Source: Candidatus Saccharimonadota bacterium (lineage in GTDB: Bacteria; Patescibacteriota; Microgenomatia; UBA1406; GWC2-37-13). From it: DNA of 32,000 nt. The first letter of the stretch is position 1, and every line of letters starts with the position of its first letter. Shown here one piece after another: positions 8,545-17,419 of the stretch. The notes under the pieces were generated by a model. The model saw only the letters and a program-made list of their open reading frames with translations. It was not told the DNA's origin and did no database searches. A program made the position numbers and the translations under genes. The stretch covers positions 1,416,137-1,448,136 of the forward strand of contig CP065004.1 in the NCBI GenBank assembly GCA_016700135.1, in the 5' to 3' direction.

Positions 8545-9084
8545 TTATTTACTAAAGGGTATCCCCATTAACTCAAATAATTTTTTGCCTTGTTCACGAT
8601 TTTTGGTACTGGTGACGACTGTCACTTCAAGACCGCGCAATTTGTCAACTTTATCGTACTCAATTTCAGGGAAAATCGTCTGCTCTGTAAATCCGAGATT
8701 CAAATTTCCGTGCTGATCAACAGCTGATTCAGGAATACCTCGGAAATCACGAAGACGCGGAAGTACGATTGCCGTCAGCTTCTCAAGGAAAGAATACATC
8801 TTCTTACCTCTCAAAGTCACTTTGACTCCGATAGCCAATCCCTTTCGGATTTTGTAAGCAGAAATGGACTTTCTTGCTTTAGTAACAACTGTTTTCTGTC
8901 CGGTGATTTGTTCAATCTGTTCCTGAATTTTTTCAATAACTTTCTTATTCACCACAGCTTCTCCTGCACCGACATTGACGACGGTTTTGAGCACTGTAGG
9001 GACTGCAAAATCGTTTTCGATTTTGTACTCTTTTTTGAGTGCCGGTTTTATTTCTTTATTATATCTTTCTTTCAGTCCTGCCAT
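8545..9084 (-). CDS. rplE: 50S ribosomal protein L5
   Basis: 179-aa ORF with [32 protein letters not shown] and [10 protein letters not shown]. Confidence 0.95.
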   Translation of the reverse strand: MAGLKERYNKEIKPALKKEYKIENDFAVPTVLKTVVNVGAGEAVVNKKVIEKIQEQIEQITGQKTVVTKARKSISAYKIRKGLAIGVKVTLRGKKMYSFLEKLTAIVLPRLRDFRGIPESAVDQHGNLNLGFTEQTIFPEIEYDKVDKLRGLEVTVVTSTKNREQGKKLFELMGIPFSK

Positions 9085-9098
9085 GGGTAAATATCAAT

Positions 9099-9407
9099 TT
9101 ATATTTTTTTTCGGGATGTACTCTTAAATACCCGCTCTTTTTTCCCGTCTTTAATTTCATATTTCACACGTGACGGTTTCTTGGTTTTCGGATCGACAAC
9201 CATAAGGTTTGATGCCTGGATCGGTCTCGGGACATCCATCACACCTCCTTGAGGTGTCTGTTCCGTCTTCGGCACCGCTTTTTTGTACATATTGATGCTT
9301 TCGACGACGACTTTGTTTTGCTTCGGATAAACGCGGTCGACTTTTCCCGTACGACCTTTGTCTTTTCCTGCGATCACCAAAACTGTATCACCTTTTCTTA
9401 TTTTCAT
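9099..9407 (-). CDS. rplX: 50S ribosomal protein L24
   Basis: 102-aa ORF with the KOW motif MKIRKGDTVLVIAGKDKGRTGKV. Confidence 0.95.
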   Translation of the reverse strand: MKIRKGDTVLVIAGKDKGRTGKVDRVYPKQNKVVVESINMYKKAVPKTEQTPQGGVMDVPRPIQASNLMVVDPKTKKPSRVKYEIKDGKKERVFKSTSRKKI

Positions 9408-9413
9408 AGTTGT

Positions 9414-9788
9414 TTAATAAATTTCCTCTGCCAAACTGGCAATCTTGTTGTATCCTGCATCTTTGATCTCTTTTGCGACCGGTCCGAATATACGGGTACC
9501 TTTAGGATCCTGTGTATCATTTCCTGCCAGGATTACACATGCATTTTCATCAAACCGTATATAACTTCCGTCTGCTCTTTTGACTTCTTTTCTGGTGCGT
9601 ACAATTACAGCGCGGACCACCTCTCCGCTTTTGACCTGTCCGTACGGAGCTGCTTTTTTCACAACACCGGTAAAGACTTCTCCCAGGTAAGCAATTTTCC
9701 GATTTCCTTTTTTTGGGATACCGATAAGCTGAACTACTTTTGCTCCTGAGTTGTCTGCGACATTGAGCATTGATCTGAGTTGTAACAT
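9414..9788 (-). CDS. rplN: 50S ribosomal protein L14
   Basis: The ORF track extends to 9824. The canonical L14 N-terminus MLQLRSMLNVADNSGAK begins at the ATG at 9788, with a 7-nt gap after the rpsQ stop codon. The longer form would overlap rpsQ. Confidence 0.93.
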   Translation of the reverse strand: MLQLRSMLNVADNSGAKVVQLIGIPKKGNRKIAYLGEVFTGVVKKAAPYGQVKSGEVVRAVIVRTRKEVKRADGSYIRFDENACVILAGNDTQDPKGTRIFGPVAKEIKDAGYNKIASLAEEIY

Positions 9789-9795
9789 GGTCTTC

Positions 9796-10041
9796 TTATT
9801 TAGTAACTGTATTAACTTTTTCAATCACTCTAAAGCGTTTATCTTTAGAAATCGGGCGGGTTTCTTCAATCACAACCATATCTCCGACTAACACTCCTTC
9901 AAGATCATTATGAGCTTTCAGGTTTTTGTGACGTGTAATAACCTTCTGGTACAGATGGTGTCTGAACTTTCGTTCAATTTTCACGACAATCGTTTTCTGC
10001 ATCTTGTTTGAAACGACTGTACCGGTAAACGTTTTATTCAT
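9796..10041 (-). CDS. rpsQ: 30S ribosomal protein S17
   Basis: 81-aa ORF with FTGTVVSNKMQKTIVVKIERKFRHHLYQK. Confidence 0.95.
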   Translation of the reverse strand: MNKTFTGTVVSNKMQKTIVVKIERKFRHHLYQKVITRHKNLKAHNDLEGVLVGDMVVIEETRPISKDKRFRVIEKVNTVTK

Positions 10042-10045
10042 GTTG

Positions 10046-10252
10046 TTATGATTGAATTCCTAATTCCTTTTGACGAATGAGTGTCAAAACGACTGCTAAT
10101 CTTTTTTTCATTTTGAAAATCATATTTGAATCTTTTTGCGGCTTAGCTTTTCTTTCAATCTCAAGCCGGGCAATCTCTTTATGTAAAGATTCGACTTCTT
10201 TTTTCAGCTCTTCAGCGGTTTTGTTTATGTATTCTTTAGTTACTTTTTTCAT
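10046..10252 (-). CDS. rpmC: 50S ribosomal protein L29
   Basis: 68-aa helical ORF located between rplP and rpsQ, with the L29 pattern ELKKEVESLHKEIARLEIERK. Confidence 0.9.
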   Translation of the reverse strand: MKKVTKEYINKTAEELKKEVESLHKEIARLEIERKAKPQKDSNMIFKMKKRLAVVLTLIRQKELGIQS

Positions 10253-10656
10253 TATTTTGTCACAACTTTTGTGTTAACTGTCAGTTTTGCTGCTGCATTT
10301 CTGAGAACTTTTTTTGTTTCCGCTTCACTCAGACCGTCAATTTCAAAAAGAATTCTCCCGGGCGAAACAGATGCTACAAAATATGCGACATCTCCTTTTC
10401 CGGCTCCCATCGTGACCTCCGGCGGTTTCTTCGTATATGGTTTATCAGGAAAAATACGAATCCAGAACTTTCCTTCTTTTCTAGTGGCTCGTGCTAAAAC
10501 GACACGTACAGCTTCGATCTGACGATCCTTGATCCATCCGGCATCAAGAGTCTTCAAACCGTAACTACCAAAATTAAGAGTATCTCCTTTGGTTGCGATT
10601 CTTCTCCAAGTTCCTCTGAATTGTTTTCTGTATTTTTGTCTTTTTGGTGATAACAC
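10252..10656 (-). CDS. rplP: 50S ribosomal protein L16
   Basis: 134-aa ORF with MLSPKRQKYRKQFRG and IWIRIFPDKPYTKKPPEVTMGAGKG. Confidence 0.96.
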   Translation of the reverse strand: MLSPKRQKYRKQFRGTWRRIATKGDTLNFGSYGLKTLDAGWIKDRQIEAVRVVLARATRKEGKFWIRIFPDKPYTKKPPEVTMGAGKGDVAYFVASVSPGRILFEIDGLSEAETKKVLRNAAAKLTVNTKVVTK

Positions 10657-10682
10657 GATAGTAAATATGAACTTCTAGAATC

Positions 10683-11339
10683 TTAACTTTGGTGACAAAT
10701 CCAAACTTTTACACCCACATATCCTGATTTTGTCAAAGCCGGGTACTTGGCAAATTCAACACGTTCTCTGATTGTTGAAGTCGGAATGGTACCCTGGAAA
10801 TATTTTTCAGATCGTGAAATCTCGGCCCCATTGATACGTCCTCCCAACTGAATCTTTACTCCTTTTGCTCCCGTTTCCATCACTCGGGTCATAGTGCTGT
10901 GTACGACAGCACGATGCGGCAGATTGCGGACAAGCTTTTCTGCTATCGTCTGTGCAACATAGTACGCATTTGTATACGGTTTTTTGACAGGTTCAATCTT
11001 CAATTCGATTTTTGTCTCTTTTCTCTTTTTCTTGTCTTCATTGTATGATTTCAGATAAGAAACAATGATCTTTTTTACGTCTTCCAGTCCTTTTCCTCCC
11101 CGTCCGATGATCATACCCGGTTTCACAGAGAAGATGATAACGGTGATTTTCTTGATCGCCCGCTCGATTACCACATCGGTGACACCGGCATAACTGTACT
11201 TTTTCATCAGTTCTTCACGGATTCTTGAATCTTCAAGAATAGCATCCCGATATTGTTTCTTATCGGAAAAGAACCATCGGGAAGACCAGTTGTATACTGT
11301 CCCTAATCGTAAACCGTGTGGATGTACTTTTTGACCCAT
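10683..11339 (-). CDS. rpsC: 30S ribosomal protein S3
   Basis: 218-aa ORF. It has the MGQKVHPHGLRLG N-terminus, a KH domain (GMIIGRGGKG), and GRINGAEISRSE. Confidence 0.96.
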   Translation of the reverse strand: MGQKVHPHGLRLGTVYNWSSRWFFSDKKQYRDAILEDSRIREELMKKYSYAGVTDVVIERAIKKITVIIFSVKPGMIIGRGGKGLEDVKKIIVSYLKSYNEDKKKRKETKIELKIEPVKKPYTNAYYVAQTIAEKLVRNLPHRAVVHSTMTRVMETGAKGVKIQLGGRINGAEISRSEKYFQGTIPTSTIRERVEFAKYPALTKSGYVGVKVWICHQS

Positions 11340-11359
11340 TAAATTAATTCAATTTCTAA

Positions 11360-11848
11360 TTATTTTGTAACTTCTTTAGTTGACTCCCCAGAGTTTTTAA
11401 CTTCGGCGGCTTTCTTTTCCTTTTTAACAGTTTCCTTTTTTGCTAACGGCTTTTTTTCAGCTTTTTCCTTTTTGACTTCTTTCTGTTCTGCCTTTTTCTC
11501 GGCTTTCTTCGGCTGTGCTTTCTCTACTAATACAACCTTAATATGAGAATATCTTCTGACGATAGGCTTAGCCATTCCTTTTGAACCTGCTTTGAAGCGG
11601 CTCAGTTTTCTTCCTTCTTCAATTGTCAAAAGCTTAAATTGTAGCATATCAGCCTGTACTTTTAAAGAGTTTACAGCGTTCTGAATAGCTGAATTTAAAA
11701 CTTTATAATATGTTTTTGCCGGCTTTGTCGGGGCATATAAGAGATAATCAAGTGCCTCTTTGGGAGACATTTTGAAAATATTATTCCGTATCATCCGCAA
11801 CTTCTTTGGCGATACCTTCAGATTTTTTTGATATGTTACCGATTCCAT
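11360..11848 (-). CDS. rplV: 50S ribosomal protein L22 with a 54-aa Lys-rich C-terminal tail
   Basis: The ORF track starts at a TTG at 11872 that overlaps rplB. The ATG at 11848 (MESVTYQKNLKVSPKKLRMIRNNI) lies with a 4-nt gap after the rplB stop codon and is the likelier start. The tail runs EKAQPKKAEKKAEQKEVKKEKAEKK... Confidence 0.92.
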   Translation of the reverse strand: MESVTYQKNLKVSPKKLRMIRNNIFKMSPKEALDYLLYAPTKPAKTYYKVLNSAIQNAVNSLKVQADMLQFKLLTIEEGRKLSRFKAGSKGMAKPIVRRYSHIKVVLVEKAQPKKAEKKAEQKEVKKEKAEKKPLAKKETVKKEKKAAEVKNSGESTKEVTK

Positions 11849-11852
11849 GAAA

Positions 11853-12626
11853 TTACTTTCTGCGTTGAACAATTAATTTATTACTCCATTTTTTCTTTGC
11901 TCGTGTGCGGACACCGCGTGCTTTTTTACCCCACGGAGTCTTTGCATGCATACCTTCACCGCTTCGTCCTTCTCCGCCTCCGTGAGGATGGGATCTCGGA
12001 TTCTGAGCGGTACCCCGAACTGTCGGTCGGATTCCCATCAGTCTTTTTCGTCCTGCTTTTCCGATTTCTTCATCTTTATGTTCGATATTTCCGACCCGTC
12101 CGACTGTTGCCCAACAACCTTTGCTGAACTTTCGAACTTCTCCTGATGTCAGTTTGACATGGACATAATGGCCGTCTTTAGCAATCACTGAACCGAATGT
12201 TCCGGCTCCGCGAATCATAATTCCTCCCTGTCCGGGATAGAGTTCAACATTGTGAACTTCGATACCGACGGGGATAGCTGATAAAGGAAGAGCATTTCCT
12301 ACAGTGATCTCTGCTTTTTCTGATGCGATCACTTTGTTTCCGATATTTAGATTGGCCGGATGAAGAATATATTTTCTTTCTCCGTCTTTGTATTCAACCA
12401 AAGCGATATCTGCATTTCTGTTCGGATCATATTCAATCCTGATCACCGTACCTTCGACATCTTTTTTATCTCTTTTAAAATCGATTACCCGATAATATCT
12501 TTTTTGTCGTTTACCTTGATGGCGAACCGAAATTTTTCCACTTGAGTCCCGCCCTGAATGTTTTTTCAGGATCTCAGTCAGTTTTTTTTCTGGTTTCTGT
12601 GTTGCTGGAATTTCGTGTTTAGCCAT
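11853..12626 (-). CDS. rplB: 50S ribosomal protein L2
   Basis: 257-aa ORF with RIEYDPNRNADIALVEY, GRKRLMGIRPTVRGTAQNPRSHPHGGGEG. Confidence 0.96.
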   Translation of the reverse strand: MAKHEIPATQKPEKKLTEILKKHSGRDSSGKISVRHQGKRQKRYYRVIDFKRDKKDVEGTVIRIEYDPNRNADIALVEYKDGERKYILHPANLNIGNKVIASEKAEITVGNALPLSAIPVGIEVHNVELYPGQGGIMIRGAGTFGSVIAKDGHYVHVKLTSGEVRKFSKGCWATVGRVGNIEHKDEEIGKAGRKRLMGIRPTVRGTAQNPRSHPHGGGEGRSGEGMHAKTPWGKKARGVRTRAKKKWSNKLIVQRRK

Positions 12627-12637
12627 GTTTGTAATAA

Positions 12638-12680
12638 TAATTTCTAATAGCTATAAGCTATTAGCTAATTTATGCTGCCT
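12638..12680 (-). repeat. ribosomal-operon spacer element, copy 3 (rplW-rplB spacer plus last codons of rplW)
   Basis: TAATTTCTAATAGCTATAAGCTATTAGCTAATTTATGCTGCCT, with the 7-bp hairpin AATAGCT-ATA-AGCTATT. Confidence 0.75.
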
Positions 12681-12960
12681 GTGGAAATAAATCAATTGAT
12701 CCTTCCGACAGCTTGACGTACGCAATTTTGATATCGGCACGTTTCTTTGTCATCATTTTCTTTCCGACTCTTTTTTCTTTTCCTTTTCGGATTGCAATAC
12801 GGACACTTTCGACTGTTACTTTAAACAACTCTTCTACAGTCTGCGCAACCTGATGCTTATTAGCCTGTGTGTTCACCTCAAACTGATACACTTTATTTTG
12901 TGCCAGCTGCGTGGATTTCTCCGTTACCAGAGGTCGGCTTAAAATATTAGTTATTTTCAT
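12670..12960 (-). CDS. rplW: 50S ribosomal protein L23
   Basis: 96-aa ORF with ILSRPLVTEKS and YQFEVNTQANKHQV. It overlaps the end of rplD by 14 nt. Confidence 0.94.
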   Translation of the reverse strand: MKITNILSRPLVTEKSTQLAQNKVYQFEVNTQANKHQVAQTVEELFKVTVESVRIAIRKGKEKRVGKKMMTKKRADIKIAYVKLSEGSIDLFPQAA

Positions 12961-13633
12961 TTTTCAAAAAATGATTTGTTAACACCGTTATTGCATTATC
13001 AACAAAAATGACTTCGTTGTGGTTGATGACTTCATATGCATTGACTGTTGTTGCCTGTGAGATATCGGCATTTTTTATATTTCTTGTAGAAAGGACTAAT
13101 GCATTCTTTTCTACCTTCGGCATAACAAGAAGTACTTTACCTGTCACTTTCATCGCCTTCAATGCACTTGCAACCGTTTTTGTTTTCGGTTCTTTTGTCA
13201 TTGACTCTGCATCAAGAACTTTAATTGTTCCTTCTTTTGCTTTTTGACTCAGAGAAACGAATAAGGCTTGTTTTTTCTGTTTTTTATTCATGGAAAGAGA
13301 AAAGTCTCGTACCAAAGGTCCGAACGTTGCTCCTCCTCCGCGGAACAAATTTGCTTTTGCTGTACTGTGACGTGCTCTACCTGTTCCTTTTTGTCTGTAT
13401 ATTTTCTGCATTGATCCCGTCACATCTGCTCTTGTTTTTGCTGAAGCATTTCCCTGTCTTTGATTTGCCTGGTACACCCGGACATACTGCGCAAGCAGTT
13501 TGCTGTTCATATCCTGTCCGAAAATTTCTTTCGGCAATGCTTCGGTTTTTGCTGACTTTCCGTCAAGTGCGAAAACGGGAGCTTCCAGTTTTGCTGTTTT
13601 TGTCGTTTCTTTTTTTGCTTTAGTTTGTACCAT
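12947..13633 (-). CDS. rplD: 50S ribosomal protein L4
   Basis: 228-aa ORF with QKGTGRARHSTAKANLFRGGGATFGP. Confidence 0.95.
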   Translation of the reverse strand: MVQTKAKKETTKTAKLEAPVFALDGKSAKTEALPKEIFGQDMNSKLLAQYVRVYQANQRQGNASAKTRADVTGSMQKIYRQKGTGRARHSTAKANLFRGGGATFGPLVRDFSLSMNKKQKKQALFVSLSQKAKEGTIKVLDAESMTKEPKTKTVASALKAMKVTGKVLLVMPKVEKNALVLSTRNIKNADISQATTVNAYEVINHNEVIFVDNAITVLTNHFLKNENN

Positions 13634-13641
13634 GACTGTAA

Positions 13642-14325
13642 TTAAGAAATATCTTTTGTTTTTACTTCTACAACACTTCCTGTGTTGCCGGGAATAAGTC
13701 CCTTGACTGTTATTGAATTTTCACTGACTGCAAGAACCTGCAGGTTTTGGACTGTGATGCGGTCTCCGCCCATCTGTCCTGCCATTCTCTGTCCTTTGAA
13801 TACTCTTCCGGGGGTTGTCGTGGAACCGACTGAACCCGGAGCACGAAGTCTGTCTGACTGTCCGTGAGTTTTCGGTCCTCCTCGGAAATTATGTCTTCGG
13901 ACAACACCCTGGAATCCTTTTCCTTTAGAGGTTCCCGAAATGTCTACGATATCTCCTACTGTAAAAATGACTTCAGGCTTCACTTCATCTCCGATAAACA
14001 ATTTCTGTTCACTGATCTGGACTCCTTTTTTCCCTTCTTCTTCTACGAATGTTACTGCTTTCTTATCAAGATCCACTCGGATCTCTTTTAAAAAGCGAAG
14101 CGGGGTTTTGATCCCCGCTTTTTTCAGTTGTCCTTCTACTGGTTTGGCGATATTTTTTCGTGTTCCGAAACCGAGTTTGATAGCTGCATAGCCATCTTGT
14201 TCCGGTGTAAAAATACCGACGACAAAACAGGGAGAAGTGTTGATGACGGTCACAGGGACCATAACACCTTCAGGTGTAAACATTTGTGATTGCGAATTTT
14301 TCTCTCCGAGTATAAAACCTGCCAT
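13642..14325 (-). CDS. rplC: 50S ribosomal protein L3
   Basis: 227-aa ORF with TSKGKGFQGVVRRHNFRGGPKTHGQSDRLRAPGSVG. Confidence 0.96.
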   Translation of the reverse strand: MAGFILGEKNSQSQMFTPEGVMVPVTVINTSPCFVVGIFTPEQDGYAAIKLGFGTRKNIAKPVEGQLKKAGIKTPLRFLKEIRVDLDKKAVTFVEEEGKKGVQISEQKLFIGDEVKPEVIFTVGDIVDISGTSKGKGFQGVVRRHNFRGGPKTHGQSDRLRAPGSVGSTTTPGRVFKGQRMAGQMGGDRITVQNLQVLAVSENSITVKGLIPGNTGSVVEVKTKDIS

Positions 14326-14363
14326 GTTTTTATTTAACTTATGTGTATTTTCTAACTCTATAC

Positions 14364-14387
14364 AAAAAAAGACCCCAGATTGGGGCC
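14364..14387 (-). terminator. intrinsic-terminator-like hairpin 38 nt upstream of the rplC start
   Basis: The minus-strand RNA reads GGCCCCA-AUC-UGGGGUC followed by UUUUUUU. The stem is 7 bp with one G-U pair. On the plus strand that position is an A-C mismatch and no U-tract follows, so the structure is specific to the operon strand. Confidence 0.55.
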
Positions 14388-14623
14388 GTTATATCAGGCT
14401 TCAATCTGGTTAAATTAGAAATGTAACTGTTTCTTACTAACCATTAACAATTGCATGTGTTTAGAATTATATACTATAGTTACGCTTAGTTCAAGCTATA
14501 TTTGCTATGTATATCCGCAATTTTGCTTGATCTCATATCAAAACGCAATCTCTTCCTCAATTTCTTTCTTTATCTCAATTGTCAAAATGGAAATCTCCAA
14601 AAGAGAACTCTTGGAGCTTTACA

Positions 14624-14641
14624 TCTGTACAATTGTACAGA
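14624..14641. repeat. 18-bp perfect palindrome TCTGTACAATTGTACAGA, 12 nt downstream of the rpsJ stop
   Basis: Read directly. The first 9 nt are the exact reverse complement of the last 9. Confidence 0.9.
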
Positions 14642-14653
14642 ATCCGGCGCGCC

Positions 14654-14962
14654 TTACATCTTGACGGCAACCTCAACTCCGGCCGGGAGTTCAAGATGCA
14701 TCAAAGAATCAATAGTCTGATTCGTAGGATTGACGATGTCAAGAAGACGTTTGTGGATTTTAAGCCCAAAGTGTTCTCTTGCATCCTTGTCGGTAAATGG
14801 CGATTTGTTCACCACATACACTTCCTTTTTTGTAGGCAAAGGAATAGGTCCTATGATGGAAGCACCTGTCTTTATGGCTGTATCAACCAGCTTCTGACAA
14901 GTCTCATCGATCAGACGATGATCGTATGACTTAAGCCGTATTCTTATTCTTCCTTTAGGCAT
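14654..14962 (-). CDS. rpsJ: 30S ribosomal protein S10
   Basis: 102-aa ORF with IRIRLKSYDHRLIDETCQKLVDTAIKTGASIIGPIPLPTKK. Confidence 0.96.
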   Translation of the reverse strand: MPKGRIRIRLKSYDHRLIDETCQKLVDTAIKTGASIIGPIPLPTKKEVYVVNKSPFTDKDAREHFGLKIHKRLLDIVNPTNQTIDSLMHLELPAGVEVAVKM

Positions 14963-14989
14963 ATTTAAAAGTGCAAAGATTAACTGAAA

Positions 14990-15022
14990 TCAGTTGGGCG
15001 GCCTTTTGGCCGCCCTAACTGA
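14990..15022 (-). other. long GC-rich stem-loop in the tuf-rpsJ spacer (partial terminator or RNA processing/stability element)
   Basis: TCAGTT-GGGCGGCC-TTTT-GGCCGCCC-T-AACTGA forms 14 bp with one bulge. On the minus strand only UUU follows before mixed sequence, so read-through into rpsJ is plausible. Confidence 0.5.
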
Positions 15023-15030
15023 GATATTGG

Positions 15031-16215
15031 TTATTTAATGATTTTGGTAACAACACCAGCTCCTACCGTGTGTCCACCTTCGCGGATTGCGAATTTAAGA
15101 CCTTCTTCAAGAGCAATAGGTGCAATAAGTTTTGCTTCGATCTTGATGTTGTCGCCAGGCATGACCATTTCTACGCCTTCTGGGAGTTTGACTTCTCCGG
15201 TCACATCCGTTGTTCGGATGTAGAACTGAGGTCGGTATCCTTTGAAGAACGGTGTGTGTCGTCCGCCTTCTTCTTTCTTAAGAACGTAAATTTCAGCTTC
15301 AAACTCTGTGTGAGGTTTGACTGAACCAGGTTTTGTGATGACCTGTCCGCGTTCCACATCTTCTTTTTCGATTCCTCGAAGAAGAAGTCCTGTGTTGTCT
15401 CCTGCCCGTGCTTCATCAAGAGTTTTTCGGAACATTTCGATTCCTGTTACGACTGTTTTTGTACTATCCTTGAGTCCGACGATTTCGATTTCTTCGTTGA
15501 CTTTGAGGATTCCGCGTTCGACTCTTCCTGTGACGACTGTTCCTCGACCTTGAATGGTGAAAACGTCTTCAACCGGCATAAGGAACGGCTTGTCTGTGTC
15601 TCTTTTCGGTTCCGGGAAGTAATCATCGACTGCTTTCATCAAGTCTTCGATTGCTTTTGTTGCTTCCGGATCATCTTCAAGAGCTTTAAGTGAAGAACCG
15701 CGAATGACGGGTACTTCATCTCCCGGATAATCATATTTCTTCAAAAGATCACGGACTTCCATTTCGACGAGGTCGACGATTTCCTGATCTTGGACCATAT
15801 CAATTTTGTTTAAGTAAACGACGATTGCCGGTACATTGACCTGATTGGCAAGAAGGATGTGTTCTCGAGTCTGAGGCATAGGACCGTCAGGAGCTGAGAC
15901 TACAAGAATAGCACCGTCCATCTGAGCTGCTCCGGTGATCATGTTTTTGATGTAATCAGCATGTCCCGGGGCATCAATATGTGCATAGTGTCTTTTTTCT
16001 GTTTCGTATTCTGAGTGATGAATATTGATGGTGACCCCGCGTGCTTTTTCTTCGGGAGCCTTGTCAATTTCTTCATATTTCATGTCCTTTGCGAGACCTT
16101 TCTTTGAAAGGACGTGATGAATTGCTGAAGTGGTGGTAGTTTTTCCATGGTCGACGTGACCGATGGTACCGATGTTAAGATGGGGTTTATTTCTCTGAAA
16201 TGTGCCCTGTGCCAT
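15031..16215 (-). CDS. tuf: elongation factor Tu
   Basis: 394-aa ORF with [17 protein letters not shown] and NKID GTPase motifs, and full-length EF-Tu similarity. Confidence 0.98.
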   Translation of the reverse strand: MAQGTFQRNKPHLNIGTIGHVDHGKTTTTSAIHHVLSKKGLAKDMKYEEIDKAPEEKARGVTINIHHSEYETEKRHYAHIDAPGHADYIKNMITGAAQMDGAILVVSAPDGPMPQTREHILLANQVNVPAIVVYLNKIDMVQDQEIVDLVEMEVRDLLKKYDYPGDEVPVIRGSSLKALEDDPEATKAIEDLMKAVDDYFPEPKRDTDKPFLMPVEDVFTIQGRGTVVTGRVERGILKVNEEIEIVGLKDSTKTVVTGIEMFRKTLDEARAGDNTGLLLRGIEKEDVERGQVITKPGSVKPHTEFEAEIYVLKKEEGGRHTPFFKGYRPQFYIRTTDVTGEVKLPEGVEMVMPGDNIKIEAKLIAPIALEEGLKFAIREGGHTVGAGVVTKIIK

Positions 16216-16261
16216 AGGTATGTATAATTACAATTGATAAATAAATAGATGCCAAAACGTT

Positions 16262-16289
16262 ATTATAAATGATACCACAGAAAATACAA
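16262..16289 (-). promoter_or_regulatory. candidate sigma-70-type promoter for tuf (TTGTAT-16 nt-TATAAT)
   Basis: On the minus strand, TTGTAT is at 16289..16284 and TATAAT at 16267..16262. This is about 46 nt upstream of the tuf ATG and outside the proposed IS end. AT-rich context, so weak support. Confidence 0.25.
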
Positions 16290-16336
16290 GAGGTATACTT
16301 ATGTAAGGCCAATAATATAAAGTATTCCAATAAAAG

Positions 16337-17419
16337 TCAAGAGAATGTATGAGTTCCATACATATGGCACTCTTTAGGTAAAATAGATAATAGGTAATCC
16401 ATAGGTGAAATATTGTTCAGGCTTTTGTGAACTCGCTTTGTATTGTACCAGACGAGGTATTCAATAAGGTGACGATTGAATGATCCGATACCGGTCCACT
16501 TGGTATAGATGTAGGGGTTCATAAATTCTTCCTGGAGTGTTCTGTTTGCTCGCTCAATAAAGGCATTGATCTTGGGACATCTGGGGTAGATAAAGAGGTG
16601 TGGGATATTGTTTTCTTCCAGATAGTCATGGAAGTTTCCCAGATACTCGAGGCCGTTATCTGTTTGTATGGTTTTTATACCATCTTGTATTGGGTATACT
16701 AGTTCCAGTCTTCTCATAAAATCAGCACCGTTTCGGCTGTTGAGTTTTGAGTATCCGTAGGAGAACTGGAATTTGAGTTTGATGTCCACTGCATTGAAGA
16801 CATACAGCTTGATTCCGTGTACAAACTTCGTGATGGTATCAATCTCAATGTATCCGGTATCTTCCACCTTGGGAGACCGCTTGACCTTCTGTCGGTACTT
16901 TACTTTCCGTTTTGCAAAGCCACTTGCTGGATTGTGATAGATCCGGTAGGTCTTGCGCTGCAGGTTGTGTCTTTTGATCACTTTTCCAATGGTTGACTCA
17001 GATATAGTTGAAATTCCTTCCTGTAGGCAATACTCATCAAGTAAGGGCTTGATCTTCTCCTTTCCCAAACAAAAGTATTGTTCTCGAATCTCTTTGATAA
17101 AGGATATGACCTTCGGGTGAGTCTCCATACGTCGGGGTGTCTTTGGCTTGGTTGTCTCTGGTATCAGGCTATCCAACTGCCCTTCTGAATCTCGCCGTCT
17201 CTTCCTCCATCGAAACAATGTCCTTCGTGATATCCCATATGCATCAACTGCAGCTTGTATCCCGTACTTCTCTGCAAATGTCAGAACATCGTTTCTGATT
17301 TGTGCTACATCTGACTGATTGTAGTCTGATAGAGATCGTATCTTTTTCATAAGATCTCTATTGTACTGCCAGTCATAACTCCTAATTACTCGAAGCTGAT
17401 CTCCTCCCCATTTACTCAT
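16337..17419 (-). CDS. DDE transposase with integrase-core (rve) fold, IS481/IS3-like
   Basis: 360-aa ORF with an N-terminal HTH (ISRRTLFRWRKRR). The catalytic triad contexts are YIEIDT, IQTDNGLEY and INAFIERANRTLQEEF (DD35E spacing), followed by a C-terminal YNTKRVHKSL. The ORF 3' end runs through the proposed left inverted repeat. Confidence 0.88.
   Translation of the reverse strand: MSKWGGDQLRVIRSYDWQYNRDLMKKIRSLSDYNQSDVAQIRNDVLTFAEKYGIQAAVDAYGISRRTLFRWRKRRRDSEGQLDSLIPETTKPKTPRRMETHPKVISFIKEIREQYFCLGKEKIKPLLDEYCLQEGISTISESTIGKVIKRHNLQRKTYRIYHNPASGFAKRKVKYRQKVKRSPKVEDTGYIEIDTITKFVHGIKLYVFNAVDIKLKFQFSYGYSKLNSRNGADFMRRLELVYPIQDGIKTIQTDNGLEYLGNFHDYLEENNIPHLFIYPRCPKINAFIERANRTLQEEFMNPYIYTKWTGIGSFNRHLIEYLVWYNTKRVHKSLNNISPMDYLLSILPKECHMYGTHTFS

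Larger units (their letters stand above)
14326..14653 (-). promoter_or_regulatory. 328-nt non-coding spacer/leader between rpsJ and rplC containing mutually exclusive hairpins
   Basis: No ORF longer than 16 codons on the coding strand. It contains the terminator-like hairpin at 14364..14387, a competing pairing of 14403..14409 with 14375..14381, a 6-bp stem at 14595..14616, and an 18-bp perfect palindrome at 14624..14641. Confidence 0.5.

Noticed and set aside
9506-9537. Hairpin-capable ATCCTG...CAGGAT segment with a GGATCC site inside rplN
   Set aside because: It encodes the conserved L14 segment DPKGTRIFGPV and lacks the repeat-family ends. This is coincidental complementarity.
9249-9749. 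166-aa ORF on the plus strand
   Set aside because: It is antisense to rplX and rplN and is Cys/Phe-rich nonsense. This is a shadow ORF of highly conserved ribosomal genes. The other plus-strand ORFs between 266 and 15553 are rejected for the same reason.
14624-14641. The palindrome TCTGTACAATTGTACAGA fits CTGT-N8-ACAG, the E. coli-type LexA SOS-box pattern
   Set aside because: The location between rpsJ and rplC makes SOS control implausible, and the LexA motif of this lineage is unknown. No lexA or SOS gene context is visible. It is kept only as an unexplained palindrome within the spacer finding.
16239-16246. Alternative outer inverted repeat for the IS481-like element (GATAAATA at about 16239 versus its complement near 17510)
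   Set aside because: It is only an 8-nt match in AT-rich sequence, which is weaker than the 11-nt ATATGGCACTC pair. The boundaries remain tentative either way.
16216-16336. Checked the larger spacers (16216..16336, 20578..20688, 25011..25135, 29092..29236) for tRNA, riboswitch (THF/ZTP upstream of glyA) or CRISPR-like structure
   Set aside because: No cloverleaf-compatible T-arm or acceptor pairing was found. There are no conserved riboswitch cores, and no regularly spaced direct repeats. The only short repeats are the irregularly placed hairpin family.
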